A DNA stretch of 64,000 nucleotides from Chloroflexota bacterium (GTDB lineage: Bacteria; Chloroflexota; Limnocylindria; Limnocylindrales; CSP1-4): the NCBI GenBank assembly GCA_034436555.1, contig DAOTUU010000035.1, positions 36,655 to 100,654 on the forward strand, given 5' to 3'. Below are positions 39,100-48,609 of the stretch, piece by piece (position 1 is the stretch's first letter; every line of letters starts with the position of its first letter). The translations under genes were made by a program, and so were the position numbers. Under the pieces are notes generated by a model that was not told where the DNA came from, made no database searches, and saw only the letters and a program-made list of their open reading frames with translations.

Positions 39100-40365
39100 A
39101 TGCGCCGACCCGACTTCTCCCGCCGCGTGGCCGTGACCGGCCTCGGCATCGTGAGCCCCGTGGGCACGGACGTGCCGACCGCGTGGGACAACCTCATCAA
39201 CGGACGGAGCGGCCTCAAGGAGGTCACCTATTGGGACCCGGACGTGGTCGACTGCCGTGCCTCGGGCGAGGTGCGGGACTTCGACGCGACGCGCTGGATG
39301 GACTTCAAGGCCGTCCGACGCACGGACAAGAACGTCGTGTTCGGCGTGGCCGCCGCCAAGCAGGCGGTGGAGATGGCCGGCCTGGAGATCGGGACCCACC
39401 ACGCCAGCGAGGATGTGGGCGTCTATTTCGGGTCCGGGGTGGGCGGTCCGGGGCTGATGGCGGATGCCATCGAGACCATGAAGTCGCGCCCGCGCTCGGT
39501 CAGCCCATTCTTCATCGCCAACATGCTCCCCGACACGGCCTCCGGCCAGATCGCGATCGAGCTTGGCGCGCGCGGCGCCAACATGTGCGTGGTCACCGCC
39601 TGCTCCACCGGCACCCACAACATCGGCGAGGCGGCGGAGGGCATCCGACGCGGCGATTTCACGGCGGTGGTCTGCGGCTCCACCGAGACGCCCCTCTATG
39701 AGGTGGCGTATGTCGGGTTCACGAACATGCGGGGCATGGGCACGCCGCGCGAGGGTCGTGACCTGACGGACATCTCCCGCCCCTTCGACCGCTCGCGCAA
39801 CGGGTTCGTGCTGGGCGAGGGCGCCGGTGCCCTGGTCCTGGAGGACCTCGAGATGGCCAAGGCACGCGGTGCCACCGTCTATGCGGAGGTCGTGGGCTAC
39901 GGCTCCGCAGCGGATGCGTGGGACCTCATCCAGCCCATCGAGAAGGGCGATGGCGTTCGTCGCGCGATGGAGATGGCGCTCGAGCGCCACGGCGTGCCGC
40001 GCGACGAGGTGGACCTCATCAATCCCCACGGCACATCCACGCCCCTGGGCGACCTGCGGGAGGCGCAGGCCATCTGGTCGGTCTTCGGCGATCGGACCAG
40101 GGAGGTCGCCATCAGCGGCACGAAGTCCGTGACCGGTCACCTGATGGGGGCCGCGGGCGCCGTCGAGAGCGTCCTCACGGTCCTCTCGGTCCACCACCAG
40201 ATCGCGCCGGTGACCCTGAACTACGAGGAGGACGACCCGGAGATCGACCTCGACGTGGTCCACGGCGCTTCCCGGGAGATGCGCATCCGCTACGCCCTGT
40301 CCGACAACATCGGCCTGGGGGGGCACAACGGCGCCGTCATCTTCAAGCGCTACCTGGGCGACTGA
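39100..40365 (+). CDS. fabF: Beta-ketoacyl-ACP synthase II
   Basis: Internal ATG of ORF 38038..40365. Active-site Cys in VTACSTGTHNIGEA; His-His in HGTSTPLGD and GHLMGAAG. Confidence 0.9.
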   Translation: MRRPDFSRRVAVTGLGIVSPVGTDVPTAWDNLINGRSGLKEVTYWDPDVVDCRASGEVRDFDATRWMDFKAVRRTDKNVVFGVAAAKQAVEMAGLEIGTHHASEDVGVYFGSGVGGPGLMADAIETMKSRPRSVSPFFIANMLPDTASGQIAIELGARGANMCVVTACSTGTHNIGEAAEGIRRGDFTAVVCGSTETPLYEVAYVGFTNMRGMGTPREGRDLTDISRPFDRSRNGFVLGEGAGALVLEDLEMAKARGATVYAEVVGYGSAADAWDLIQPIEKGDGVRRAMEMALERHGVPRDEVDLINPHGTSTPLGDLREAQAIWSVFGDRTREVAISGTKSVTGHLMGAAGAVESVLTVLSVHHQIAPVTLNYEEDDPEIDLDVVHGASREMRIRYALSDNIGLGGHNGAVIFKRYLGD

Positions 40366-40515
40366 CCGGCTCGATCGCGAGATCGCGGGGCGAGGGGCGC
40401 CGGGCGCGCAGCACACGGCGACTGACCGGCTCGATCGCGGGGCGCGGGGCGCGGGGGCGCGAGGCGCGGGGCTCGATCGCGGGGCGCGGAGCGCGGGGCG
40501 CGGGGGCGCCGGGCG
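40360..40515. repeat. GC-rich tandem repeats. A 20-bp unit GACTGACCGGCTCGATCGCG carries the last fabF codons and stop, and recurs 60 bp downstream. GCTCGATCGCGGGGCGCGG recurs with a roughly 40-bp period.
   Basis: Direct reading: 40360-40379 and 40420-40439; 40430-40448 and 40471-40489. Confidence 0.75.
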
Positions 40516-40519
40516 AGGG

Positions 40520-41686
40520 TCAGCTCTGGCGCCGGAAGCGAAGCTTGTCCGTGGCCGGATCGGCGATCCAGCGGTCCCAGGCCTGGACGAGCAGCGGGTT
40601 GCCCGCCGAGCCGCGGTAGGCGCCCACGACCTGACCGTTCGCGACGGTCGTGCCGGGCACGCGCTTCCAGGTGCCGCCCGCGTTCTTGGAGCGCCGCAGG
40701 AACCCCTCGCCCGAGAGATCGTCGAAGATGCCGCCCACGATCGTGCCCGCCACCAGGTAGCGGGTGCCCATGACATCCGCGGACGTGGGGTAGGCACCGA
40801 CCTCACCCGGGAACGGCATGTTCTCCAGGATGCGCTCCGGTCCCCAGCTGACGCCGCCGTCCGTGCTCACGCGGGCGCGCAGGTCGGCCCGGTTCATGTA
40901 GGCGAAGACCAGCCGGTCGCCGTCCACGCCCAGCTCCGGGGTCTGACCGTACTCCATGTCCGGCAGCACCGGCGTGGGCACGCCGAACAGGTCGTGGTCC
41001 GGTCCCGCACCGATGCTCCAGTGGCGCAGGCGCACCTCCTCCTCATCGAACCAGGCGAGGTGCAGGTCGTCCCCAGAACCGGCCAGTGCGAGACCCTTCT
41101 GCATCGACCCCTCGCCCAGGTCCAGGTCGATCGCGGGCAGCGAGTCGCCCTTGGCCTCGTCGTTCACGCCGCGGGCGTGGAGCATCACATGCCAGTCACC
41201 GCCGACCTTCTGGAACCAGGCGACCGCGAGTCGCTCGCCGGCGCAGGCCACATCCGGCCTGCGCGACTGTCCATCGAGGGTGATGGCGTTCTGCTCGTGG
41301 GATGGCCCCGTGAGCGGCAGCTTGTCCAGGCCCACGAGCCAGGCACCTGACTCCTTGAAGGTGTAGGCCGCGAAGGCCCAGCCGCCACAGGTCTCCACCT
41401 CGATGTCGCGCGACGGACGGTCGTCCAGGCGGACCGCCGGGCGGAACGTGGCGCCCCCGTCTGCACTGCGGCGCACCCAGACCCGCTTCACGCCACCCGG
41501 CGCGTTCTCCTGCCAGCCCACGACCACGCCGGACCCGCGCGCGGCGATGTCACCGACACGGATCTCCGTGCCGGACGCGGCGGTCCGGATGACCCGCGTG
41601 GCGCCGAACGTGCCGGCGCTCACGGGGGCGGCGGCCAGCAGTGCCGCGCTCGCGAGCACGGCGGCGAGGATGGGACGCTGGGTCAC
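40520..41686 (-). CDS. Secreted BNR/Asp-box repeat protein (paralog of 36226..37404)
   Basis: ORF 40520..41755 (-). GTG start at 41686 with AAGGAGG 7 nt upstream. Signal peptide VTQRPILAAVLASAALLAAAPVSAG. Asp boxes SADGGATF, STDGGVSW and SKNAGGTW. Its C-terminal ...KLRFRRQS parallels ...RIRFHRES of the paralog. Confidence 0.75.
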   Translation of the reverse strand: MTQRPILAAVLASAALLAAAPVSAGTFGATRVIRTAASGTEIRVGDIAARGSGVVVGWQENAPGGVKRVWVRRSADGGATFRPAVRLDDRPSRDIEVETCGGWAFAAYTFKESGAWLVGLDKLPLTGPSHEQNAITLDGQSRRPDVACAGERLAVAWFQKVGGDWHVMLHARGVNDEAKGDSLPAIDLDLGEGSMQKGLALAGSGDDLHLAWFDEEEVRLRHWSIGAGPDHDLFGVPTPVLPDMEYGQTPELGVDGDRLVFAYMNRADLRARVSTDGGVSWGPERILENMPFPGEVGAYPTSADVMGTRYLVAGTIVGGIFDDLSGEGFLRRSKNAGGTWKRVPGTTVANGQVVGAYRGSAGNPLLVQAWDRWIADPATDKLRFRRQS

Positions 41687-41781
41687 GAATCGCCTCCTTG
41701 GCGGGCTCCGGCCTCGGGGGGTGCTGGCTGGCGACGCGTGGGCCAGATGCAGCATGTGCCGACACCCGCCACCATGGTGAC

Positions 41782-42150
41782 ATGTCCGAACACCCGTCCG
41801 CCACCCTGACTGCCGCCTACTTCTACAAGGTCCGATGGGGCTATCACGATGAGTGGCTGGAGCTGTTCCGGCGCAACCATTGGCCGGTCCTCCGGGAGCA
41901 GCTGTCGACCGGTCGCCTCACGGATGTGCGGCTGTCCGTGCCGCGCTTCCACGGTGATGGGCGCGCCGACTGGGATGTGATGGTCACCATCACGTATCGC
42001 GACTGGGCCGCGCTCGAGGGCCACAGCGAGGAGGCCATCAAGGAGCGCCTCTACCCCGACCAGGAGACGTTCCGGCGCGAGGAGCAGCGACGCTTCGAGC
42101 TGCTCGAGGCGCACTGGGACGTTCCGCTCCAGGAGCTGCCGCTGCCGTGA
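41782..42150 (+). CDS. Hypothetical protein (122 aa), likely co-transcribed with the MpaB-family gene
   Basis: Internal ATG of ORF 41641..42150. Its stop overlaps the downstream GTG (GTGA). No domain recognised. Confidence 0.5.
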   Translation: MSEHPSATLTAAYFYKVRWGYHDEWLELFRRNHWPVLREQLSTGRLTDVRLSVPRFHGDGRADWDVMVTITYRDWAALEGHSEEAIKERLYPDQETFRREEQRRFELLEAHWDVPLQELPLP

Positions 42151-43052
42151 CCCGGGGTCCCTGGCCGCAGCCGGACCCGGTGCTCGGGTTCTACGGTCCC
42201 GCGTCACGGATGTGGCGCATCAACCGGGAGGCGGTGCTGCTGGGCGCGGGCCCCGCGGCACTGCTGCTCCAGGTGGCGCACCCGCTCGTGGCGGAGGGCG
42301 TGGCGCAGCACAGCCGCGTCGCGGATGATCCGTTCGGGCGGTTGCGGCGGACGCTTCGGACCACCCTGGACATGGTGTTCGGCGACGGGCCCACGGCAGA
42401 GCGCGCGGTGCGCAGGCTGAACCGGGTCCACGGTGGCGTGCGCGGGCCCGTGATGGATTCCGTGGCACGCGCGGCGACCGGCGCCGACCACTACCGGGCG
42501 ATGGACCCAGACCTGCTGCTGTGGGTCCAGGCGACCCTGGTCGTGACGAGCGTGGACGCGTACACGCGCTGGGTGCGGCCGCTGTCCGCGGGTGACCGGG
42601 ACGCGTTCTGGTCGGAGGCGCGCAGGGTCGGCGTCCGGATGGGGATCCCGCTCGATCGGTCACCGTCGAGCTGGTCGGACCTGCTCGCGTGGTGGGACCG
42701 GATGCTGGCCGCAGACGGGCCCATCCAGGTGACCCCGACCGCGCTGACCCTCGCACCGCTCATCCTGCGCCCCGCGCTGCCGCTGGCGCCGGCGGGCCTG
42801 GTCGACCTGCTCGCGCTGCCGGGCCTGGCGCTGCTGCCGCCCCGGATCCGCGACGCGTACGCCATCCCCTGGACCCCGCGCGCAGCACGGACCGCGGCGC
42901 TCGTGGCGAGTGGCGTGCGCGTCTGGACACACGCGGTTCCCGCGGACTGGCGCTCGATGCCGCCGGCACGGCGGGCGTTCCGGCGGGCACGGGCGGTCGC
43001 GCGGGCGAGCACCGGAACGGACCGGACGCCCCCGTTCGTCGGTGGCCGCTAG
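42147..43052 (+). CDS. MpaB/DUF2236-family (ER-bound-oxygenase-like) protein
   Basis: ORF 42147..43052. The family call is from remembered similarity of the conserved His/Arg-rich core (WRINREAVLLGAGPAALLLQVAHPLVAEGV). Moderate confidence. Confidence 0.6.
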   Translation: MTRGPWPQPDPVLGFYGPASRMWRINREAVLLGAGPAALLLQVAHPLVAEGVAQHSRVADDPFGRLRRTLRTTLDMVFGDGPTAERAVRRLNRVHGGVRGPVMDSVARAATGADHYRAMDPDLLLWVQATLVVTSVDAYTRWVRPLSAGDRDAFWSEARRVGVRMGIPLDRSPSSWSDLLAWWDRMLAADGPIQVTPTALTLAPLILRPALPLAPAGLVDLLALPGLALLPPRIRDAYAIPWTPRAARTAALVASGVRVWTHAVPADWRSMPPARRAFRRARAVARASTGTDRTPPFVGGR

Positions 43053-43089
43053 AATCGGGCCCTCCCCACCGACCAGGAGACGCCGCCCC

Positions 43090-44355
43090 GTGCCACCGTC
43101 CGATCTCTCCCGCCGCGCCGTCGTCACCGGCCTCGGCGCCGTCACGCCCATCGGCAACGATCACCCGACGTTCTGGCGCAACCTGGTCGGCGGCGTGAGC
43201 GGCGGCGGTCCGATCACCCACTTCGATGCGGACGCGTATGACGTGCGCATCGCGGCGGAGGTCAAGGGGTTCGACCCGACCACCGGCATGGACCGCAAGA
43301 TGGCGCGCCGGATGAGCCGCTTCATCCACTTCGGGATGGCCGCGGGCAAGGAGGCGGTGCGCGACGCGGGCCTGGACTTCCAAGGCTGGTCCCCGGAGCA
43401 GCTGGACCGGGTCGCGGTCGCGGTCAACACCTCGGGTGGTGGCCAGGAGCAGGTCATCGATGGCACCGCCGTGCTCAACGCCAAGGGCCCCGGCCAGGTC
43501 AGCCCGTTCGCGATCCCGGCCCTGTCGGGCTCGATGGCCGCCTGCATGCTGTCCATGGAGTACCACCTCACGGGACCCGTCATCACCCAGGTGGCCGCCT
43601 GCGCCAGCTCCGTCATCGCGTTCCTGGACGGCCTCCGGATGATCCAGCGGGGCGAGGTGGACGTGGTCATCACGGGCGGCTCCGAGGCGCCGCTCCTGCC
43701 GGTGGGGTTCGCGGCGCTCGCGAACATGGGCGCGCTGTCCAAGCGCAACGACGACCCGGAGCATGCATCCCGACCGTTCGACCGGACCCGGGACGGGTTC
43801 CTGTTCGGCGAGGGGGCGGGCGTGGTGGTCCTGGAGAGCGCGGAGCATGCGCTGGCCCGCGGCGCGGCCATCCAGGCCGAGGTCATCGGCGCGGCGCTGA
43901 CCGCGGACGCGTTCCACATCTCGGCACCGGACCCCACGGGTCGCGGCGCGGCGCTGGCGATGACCAAGGCCCTGCGCGACGCGGACGTGGCGCCGGACGA
44001 GGTGGACTACATCGTCGCCCACGGCACGTCCACGCCGCTCAATGATGTGACCGAGACACGCGCCATCAAGCGGGCGTTCGGCGACCATGCGGGACGGGTT
44101 GCGATCTCGTCACCCAAGTCGATGGTGGGGCACCTGCTGGGGGCGGCCGGCGTGATGAGCGCGTTGACCGCGATCGGCGCGATCCGGGAGAACATCGTCC
44201 CGCCCACAGCCAACCTGCGCGAGCCCGACCCCGACTGCGACCTGGACTACACGCCGGTGGTCGCGCGCCAGAAGCGCGTGGACACCGCGATCATCAACGG
44301 CTTCGGGTTCGGCGGCCAGAACGCCGTCGCGGTCTTCCGACGCTTCGAGGCCTGA
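43090..44355 (+). CDS. Beta-ketoacyl-ACP synthase II (second paralog)
   Basis: GTG at 43090 inside ORF 42910..44355, with AGGAGA 9 nt upstream. Cys in AACASSVIAF; His motifs HGTSTPLND and GHLLGAAG. Confidence 0.85.
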   Translation: MPPSDLSRRAVVTGLGAVTPIGNDHPTFWRNLVGGVSGGGPITHFDADAYDVRIAAEVKGFDPTTGMDRKMARRMSRFIHFGMAAGKEAVRDAGLDFQGWSPEQLDRVAVAVNTSGGGQEQVIDGTAVLNAKGPGQVSPFAIPALSGSMAACMLSMEYHLTGPVITQVAACASSVIAFLDGLRMIQRGEVDVVITGGSEAPLLPVGFAALANMGALSKRNDDPEHASRPFDRTRDGFLFGEGAGVVVLESAEHALARGAAIQAEVIGAALTADAFHISAPDPTGRGAALAMTKALRDADVAPDEVDYIVAHGTSTPLNDVTETRAIKRAFGDHAGRVAISSPKSMVGHLLGAAGVMSALTAIGAIRENIVPPTANLREPDPDCDLDYTPVVARQKRVDTAIINGFGFGGQNAVAVFRRFEA

Positions 44356-44651
44356 CCGGCGAACGGCTGGCCAGCCATCGCACTCGTGGACGATCAGGGG
44401 CACCCGGGATGCCACCGCGGGGGTGGCCACGACCGGCAGCGCCGCGGGATGTCTGGTCCGGGGCCCCCTCATCGGTGACTCCCTGGTCGTCCTGAGCGAG
44501 GGCTGTCGATCGTGGAGTTCCCCCGCGGGTCGCTGACCGCGGCCGGCTCGCGGTCTGGTGGACGGCCCGGACTCCGTGATCAGGCTGGAGCTCCGCGACA
44601 CCTGGCGCCGCCTGAGGAAATGAGGAGGCGCCTGAGGAGACTCCCGATGGC

Positions 44652-45330
44652 GTGCGTGTCCTCACCGGCGAGTCTGCTGCCATCACCCGCGACCACTGGC
44701 CGATCGACCGCCGCACGACCCGCCGCACCGGGATCCGGGCGGGGCGACTGCTGATCCTGGCGCTGTCCGCGATGACAGCGCTCGGCGCGACGGCCGGCGG
44801 TGCGCAGGCTCGGGGAGCGACCCCCGGCCATCTGCCGGCCCTGGGCGCCGGGCCCGGCGGCGCCACGGCCCACGCCACCCCCGGCGGTCGGCAGGCACGC
44901 CCCACGTTCGCCACCAATGGCGACCACCTTGGAGCCACGATCAACTGCAACTCGTACGACCACAGCTTCCGCCACACGCCGTACGCGCTCCCGGCGGACG
45001 GCCTCTACAGCCAGACGATCTGGTACCGCATCTGGGTCTACAACCTCGACACCCGCATGTACCAGGCTCCCATCCCGCGGAACGGGTACCTGTCCTTCAC
45101 CAGCGCCTTCAACGGCGGTGGCGCGCCCGCCCGCACCGTGCGTCCGGGCCCAGGCCGCTACATGGTCGCGACGGAGTACTGGTGGAACACGAACGGGCGG
45201 TGGTACAAGGCCACCGACTGGACTCGCTGGTACTGGCAGGACGCGTGGTCGACCCAGATCAAGGATGTGTGCCGGGTCCGAACCCGCCATCCGCTCGGAC
45301 GGGACCCCCGGTGGACAGGCGCCCGCCGGG
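44652..45330 (+). CDS. Secreted Trp/Tyr/Asn-rich hypothetical protein. 3' end undetermined: no in-frame stop until 46232.
   Basis: ORF 44652..46232. The first roughly 225 codons have a coding-like composition and signal peptide (RAGRLLILALSAMTALGATAGGAQA). The remainder has wrong-frame composition (R/S/W/C rich) and overlaps the LAL regulator frame. Confidence 0.4.
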
Positions 45331-45430
45331 GGTCCGCTGCTGGCCCGCCGCTCACCTGCGACAATCCCCATGCATCGCCCGTGGGGCGCCCGGGTTCCGA
45401 CGCGCGCGGTGCGGAGCGGAGCGACCGGCC

Positions 45431-46945
45431 GTGGTGGGGACGGATGCTGGGGGCGCGGCGATCGAGGGTGGTGGCTCCGACGTCATCGGCCGGGACGCGG
45501 CCATCGCGCTCGTGCGCGAGCGGTCGCGCCACACCCGGATGGTCACCATCACCGGTCCGGGCGGCATCGGCAAGACGCGCCTGGCCGAGGCGCTCGCCGA
45601 CGGCGGCGTGGTGGTGGACCTGGTGGCGGTCACGGATGCGCGGCTCGTCCCGTCCGAGATCGCGCGGACGCACGAGCTGCGCCTGGACCCCGCGCTGCCG
45701 ACGCTCGAGGCGCTCGTCGCGGCCCTGGACGGCTCCGAGCGAGGGCTCGTCCTGGACAACCTGGAGCAGATCGAGGGGGTGGCGGCCGTGGTGGACGCGC
45801 TCCTGCAGCGTGTCCCGGGCCTGCGCGTGCTCGCGACCAGCCGCGTGCCCGTCGGCGTCCGGGGCGAGGTGGAGGTGCCGCTCGCGCCGCTCGAGCTCCC
45901 GGCCACGGACGCGCCGGACGACGTGGAGCGATCGCCGGCTGGGGCGCTGTTCCTGCGGCGGGCGCGGGGCATCGGTGCCCTCCGCACGCTGGACGAGCCG
46001 AACGCGCGCGACGTGGCACGGCTGTGCCGCGCGGTGGATGGCATCCCCCTCGGGCTCGAGCTCGCCGCGCGCCGGCTGCGCGTACTGGCACTGCCGGAGG
46101 TCCGGCGCCGCCTGGAGACGGGCGATGCCGCGCTCCTGCGCGACCCGGATCGACCCGAACGGCAGCGATCGCTCGACGCCGTCCTGGACTGGAGCCTGTC
46201 GCTCCTCTCGCCGGAGCAGCTCCGGGCGCTGACCGCGGCATCCGTCTGCCCCGGGGGATTCGACCTGGACACGCTGGCCGCCCTCGTGCCGACCGCCGAG
46301 GCAGACGACACGATCGACTCCCTGGACGCGCTCATCACATACGGCCTGGTGCGTCGGACCGACGATGGCACGGCGCCACGGTTCGCGCTGCTCGAACCGA
46401 TCCGCGCGGCGGTCCGCGCGCGGACCCCGGATCCAACGCTGGTCGCGCTCGCGCAGCGCCATGTCGACCTGATGGTCGCGCTCGTGCGCCGCCACGGGTG
46501 GCGCTTCGAGGACGGCGACGCGTTCGAGTTCGCGCCGCTGGATCGGGAGCGGGACGGCATCCGGACGGCGCTCGCGACCGTGGACGGCCGCGAGGACCGG
46601 ATGCTCCTGCTCGAGCTCACGGCCAGGCTGGGCGGCTACTGGTTCCACGCCACGGCGGTGGCGGAGGGCGTCGGGTGGCTGGACCGAGCGCTCGCGGATG
46701 CCGGCGCCGACCCAGACCTGCGCGTCCACGCCCTTGCCACGCGCGTCTACCTGGCGCTCGACTGGAGCGACCGCATCGAGCAGGACTCAGCGGCGCTGGT
46801 GGCGGCAGCGGGTGCTGCCGGAGGTGCGCCCGCCGCGGTGCGAGGCCTGGTATACGCGGCCTTCCCGATGATCGAGCGGCGCTTCGGAGACCCTCGGGGC
46901 TGCCTGTTGGCGGCACGCGCGCGAGCGGCGGCCGCCGGATTTTGA
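45431..46945 (+). CDS. LAL-type regulator, N-terminal AAA/NB-ARC-like ATPase plus helical portion. Ends at a stop 10 nt before, and in a different frame from, the LuxR portion.
   Basis: Within ORF 45182..46945. Walker A GPGGIGKTRL; Walker B LVLDNLEQ. Start GTG at 45431 is tentative. Confidence 0.6.
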   Translation: MVGTDAGGAAIEGGGSDVIGRDAAIALVRERSRHTRMVTITGPGGIGKTRLAEALADGGVVVDLVAVTDARLVPSEIARTHELRLDPALPTLEALVAALDGSERGLVLDNLEQIEGVAAVVDALLQRVPGLRVLATSRVPVGVRGEVEVPLAPLELPATDAPDDVERSPAGALFLRRARGIGALRTLDEPNARDVARLCRAVDGIPLGLELAARRLRVLALPEVRRRLETGDAALLRDPDRPERQRSLDAVLDWSLSLLSPEQLRALTAASVCPGGFDLDTLAALVPTAEADDTIDSLDALITYGLVRRTDDGTAPRFALLEPIRAAVRARTPDPTLVALAQRHVDLMVALVRRHGWRFEDGDAFEFAPLDRERDGIRTALATVDGREDRMLLLELTARLGGYWFHATAVAEGVGWLDRALADAGADPDLRVHALATRVYLALDWSDRIEQDSAALVAAAGAAGGAPAAVRGLVYAAFPMIERRFGDPRGCLLAARARAAAAGF

Positions 46946-46955
46946 CCGCTGGCTG

Positions 46956-47816
46956 GTGCGCATCGACATGGCCGTCGGGCTGGAGGCGATGGCACGCAGC
47001 GATATGGCCGAGGCACGCCGGGCACTGGCGGATTCCGCTGCGACCGCGCGACTCGTGGCCGACCCAGGCACCGAAGCCCAGGTGCTCACGAACCTCGCGC
47101 TGGCAGAGATCGCCGAGGGCGACGCGTCCGCGGCTGTCGTCACGGCACGGCGCACCGTCGATCTCCTGGCTGATGATACTCGACCCATGGGTCGAGTCTG
47201 GGCGTCCTGCATCCTCGCCCTCGCGCTCGCGGAAGCTGGCGACGGCGACGCGGCACGGGAAGCGCTCGCCCGGGTGATGCCGCTCGTCATCGAGCATCCC
47301 GCTCCGTGGTCGCTGGTCGTCGCGCTGGACACCGCCGTGGTCGTGCTCGCGGCGTGCGGGGTCGACGAGCTCGCCCTGCGCGCGCATAGTGCGTCAGATC
47401 GACTTCGCGGCGAACTGCGCGTGGAGCTCTCGCCCACCGAGCGCGCGCTGCTCGAGGCGGCCGTCCGCCGCGCCACAGGCCGGATGGGCGCCGTGTCCGC
47501 TGCGCTTGCCATCCGGAACGGAGCGAGCGACGACCCCCAGGCGCTCGTCAGGAGCGTCGCGGAAGCCCTGGTGGCTGATCGGCCGCGCGCAGTCGGTCGC
47601 GACTTGCGTCGTGTCCGCCATGGCGAGCTGACGCGCCGGGAGGTGGAGATCCTGGGCCTGCTGGCGCAGGGCCGCTCGGATGGCGAGATCGCGCAGACGC
47701 TGGTCATCAGCCCCAAGACCGCGAGCGTGCACGTCGCGAACATCAAGGCGAAGCTGGCGGTCGAGACGCGCCTGGAGGCCGCTCTCGCCGCCCGCGAGCT
47801 CGGGTTCGGCAGCTGA
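46956..47816 (+). CDS. LAL-type regulator C-terminal TPR-like plus LuxR HTH portion. Frame open upstream to 46872, so it was probably once fused to the ATPase portion.
   Basis: ORF 46956..47816. LuxR HTH LTRREVEILGLLAQGRSDGEIAQTLVISPKTASVHVANIKAKL. Confidence 0.65.
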   Translation: MRIDMAVGLEAMARSDMAEARRALADSAATARLVADPGTEAQVLTNLALAEIAEGDASAAVVTARRTVDLLADDTRPMGRVWASCILALALAEAGDGDAAREALARVMPLVIEHPAPWSLVVALDTAVVVLAACGVDELALRAHSASDRLRGELRVELSPTERALLEAAVRRATGRMGAVSAALAIRNGASDDPQALVRSVAEALVADRPRAVGRDLRRVRHGELTRREVEILGLLAQGRSDGEIAQTLVISPKTASVHVANIKAKLAVETRLEAALAARELGFGS

Positions 47817-48099
47817 ACGTCCTCAGGGGCCGGGCGGCAGCTCCCCGGCGATCGTCGCTCCCCAGGTGGTCTGGGTGACGCGCCCGGGCGCTACCCGACG
47901 ACCCACCCCTCCCCTCGTCGAGGGTGAACACGATCCGGGCACGGTCTTCGCCCATCAGCACCGCGCGGAGCGTGTCGAGGGCGGCGGCCGCGGCTGCCAG
48001 CTCAACCGGTACTACGCCGCGTCGCTGATGTTCGTCGGGTACCGCTTCGGCAGGAACGCGCTCGAACAAGGACGGCTGTTCCCGACGTCAACCGGGCCC

Positions 48100-48200
48100 T
48101 GCGAAGCGCGGATCGCGTACGCGCCGGCGGACATCGCGCTGTGGGACCTCGCGGGCAAGCTCTGCGATGCCCCGATTCATCGTCTCCTGAGCGGCTCCCA
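48100..48200 (+). pseudogene. Remnant of an enolase-superfamily (mandelate racemase/muconate lactonizing enzyme) N-terminal domain
   Basis: The translated frame gives ARIAYAPADIALWDLAGKLCDAPIHRLLSGS, matching the MR/MLE N-terminal hallmark (DIALWDL.GK....PI..LLGG). No full gene is present. Confidence 0.3.
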
Positions 48201-48375
48201 GGACCGCTGCGAATGTCAGGGGGGAATCGGTCCCACCGTGATGGCCGAAACCAGGACCACCCATGGATGGGGTGGGGCCAGATCAGGTCGGGTGGGCTCC
48301 CGTCAACGTCGCAACACGGACGCGACGGGGTCGATGTCCCGTGCCACACTGAATCGTGCTACACGGGAGGCAGAG

Positions 48376-48609
48376 ATGGCGAATCTGATCGTCACCCTCG
48401 ACCCGGACGTCCTTCGCAAGGCACGCATCCGGGCGCTCGAGCAGGGGACCTCCGTCAATGCGCTGGTCGCGGAGTATCTGACCAGCTACGCGGATCTCGG
48501 CGATACCCGGAAGGCCGTCACGGAGTTTCTCGAGGTCGCGCGGCAGGCGCGGGCGACCAGCGGCCCAGGCGGTCGGACCTGGCGACGCGACGACCTCTAC
48601 AATCGGTGA
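48376..48609 (+). CDS. Type II antitoxin (RHH/VapB-like), 77 aa
   Basis: ATG with GGGAGG 5 nt upstream. MANLIVTLDPDVLRKARIRALEQGTSVNALVAEYL. Local GC is lower. Confidence 0.6.
   Translation: MANLIVTLDPDVLRKARIRALEQGTSVNALVAEYLTSYADLGDTRKAVTEFLEVARQARATSGPGGRTWRRDDLYNR

Noticed and set aside
44356-44651. Possible small gene or ncRNA in the 296-bp gap after the second KAS II (contains the GCGCCTGAGGA x2 repeat)
   Set aside because: The only ATG-initiated frame (44647) gives a 35-aa Ala/Ser/Pro-rich junk peptide. The repeat overlaps the SD region of the downstream secreted-protein gene. There is insufficient evidence for an independent feature.
47743-48069. 108-aa minus-strand ORF in the remnant region upstream of the TA module
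   Set aside because: No recognisable domain. It overlaps the + strand enolase-like fragment frame. It is treated as part of a decayed region rather than a gene.
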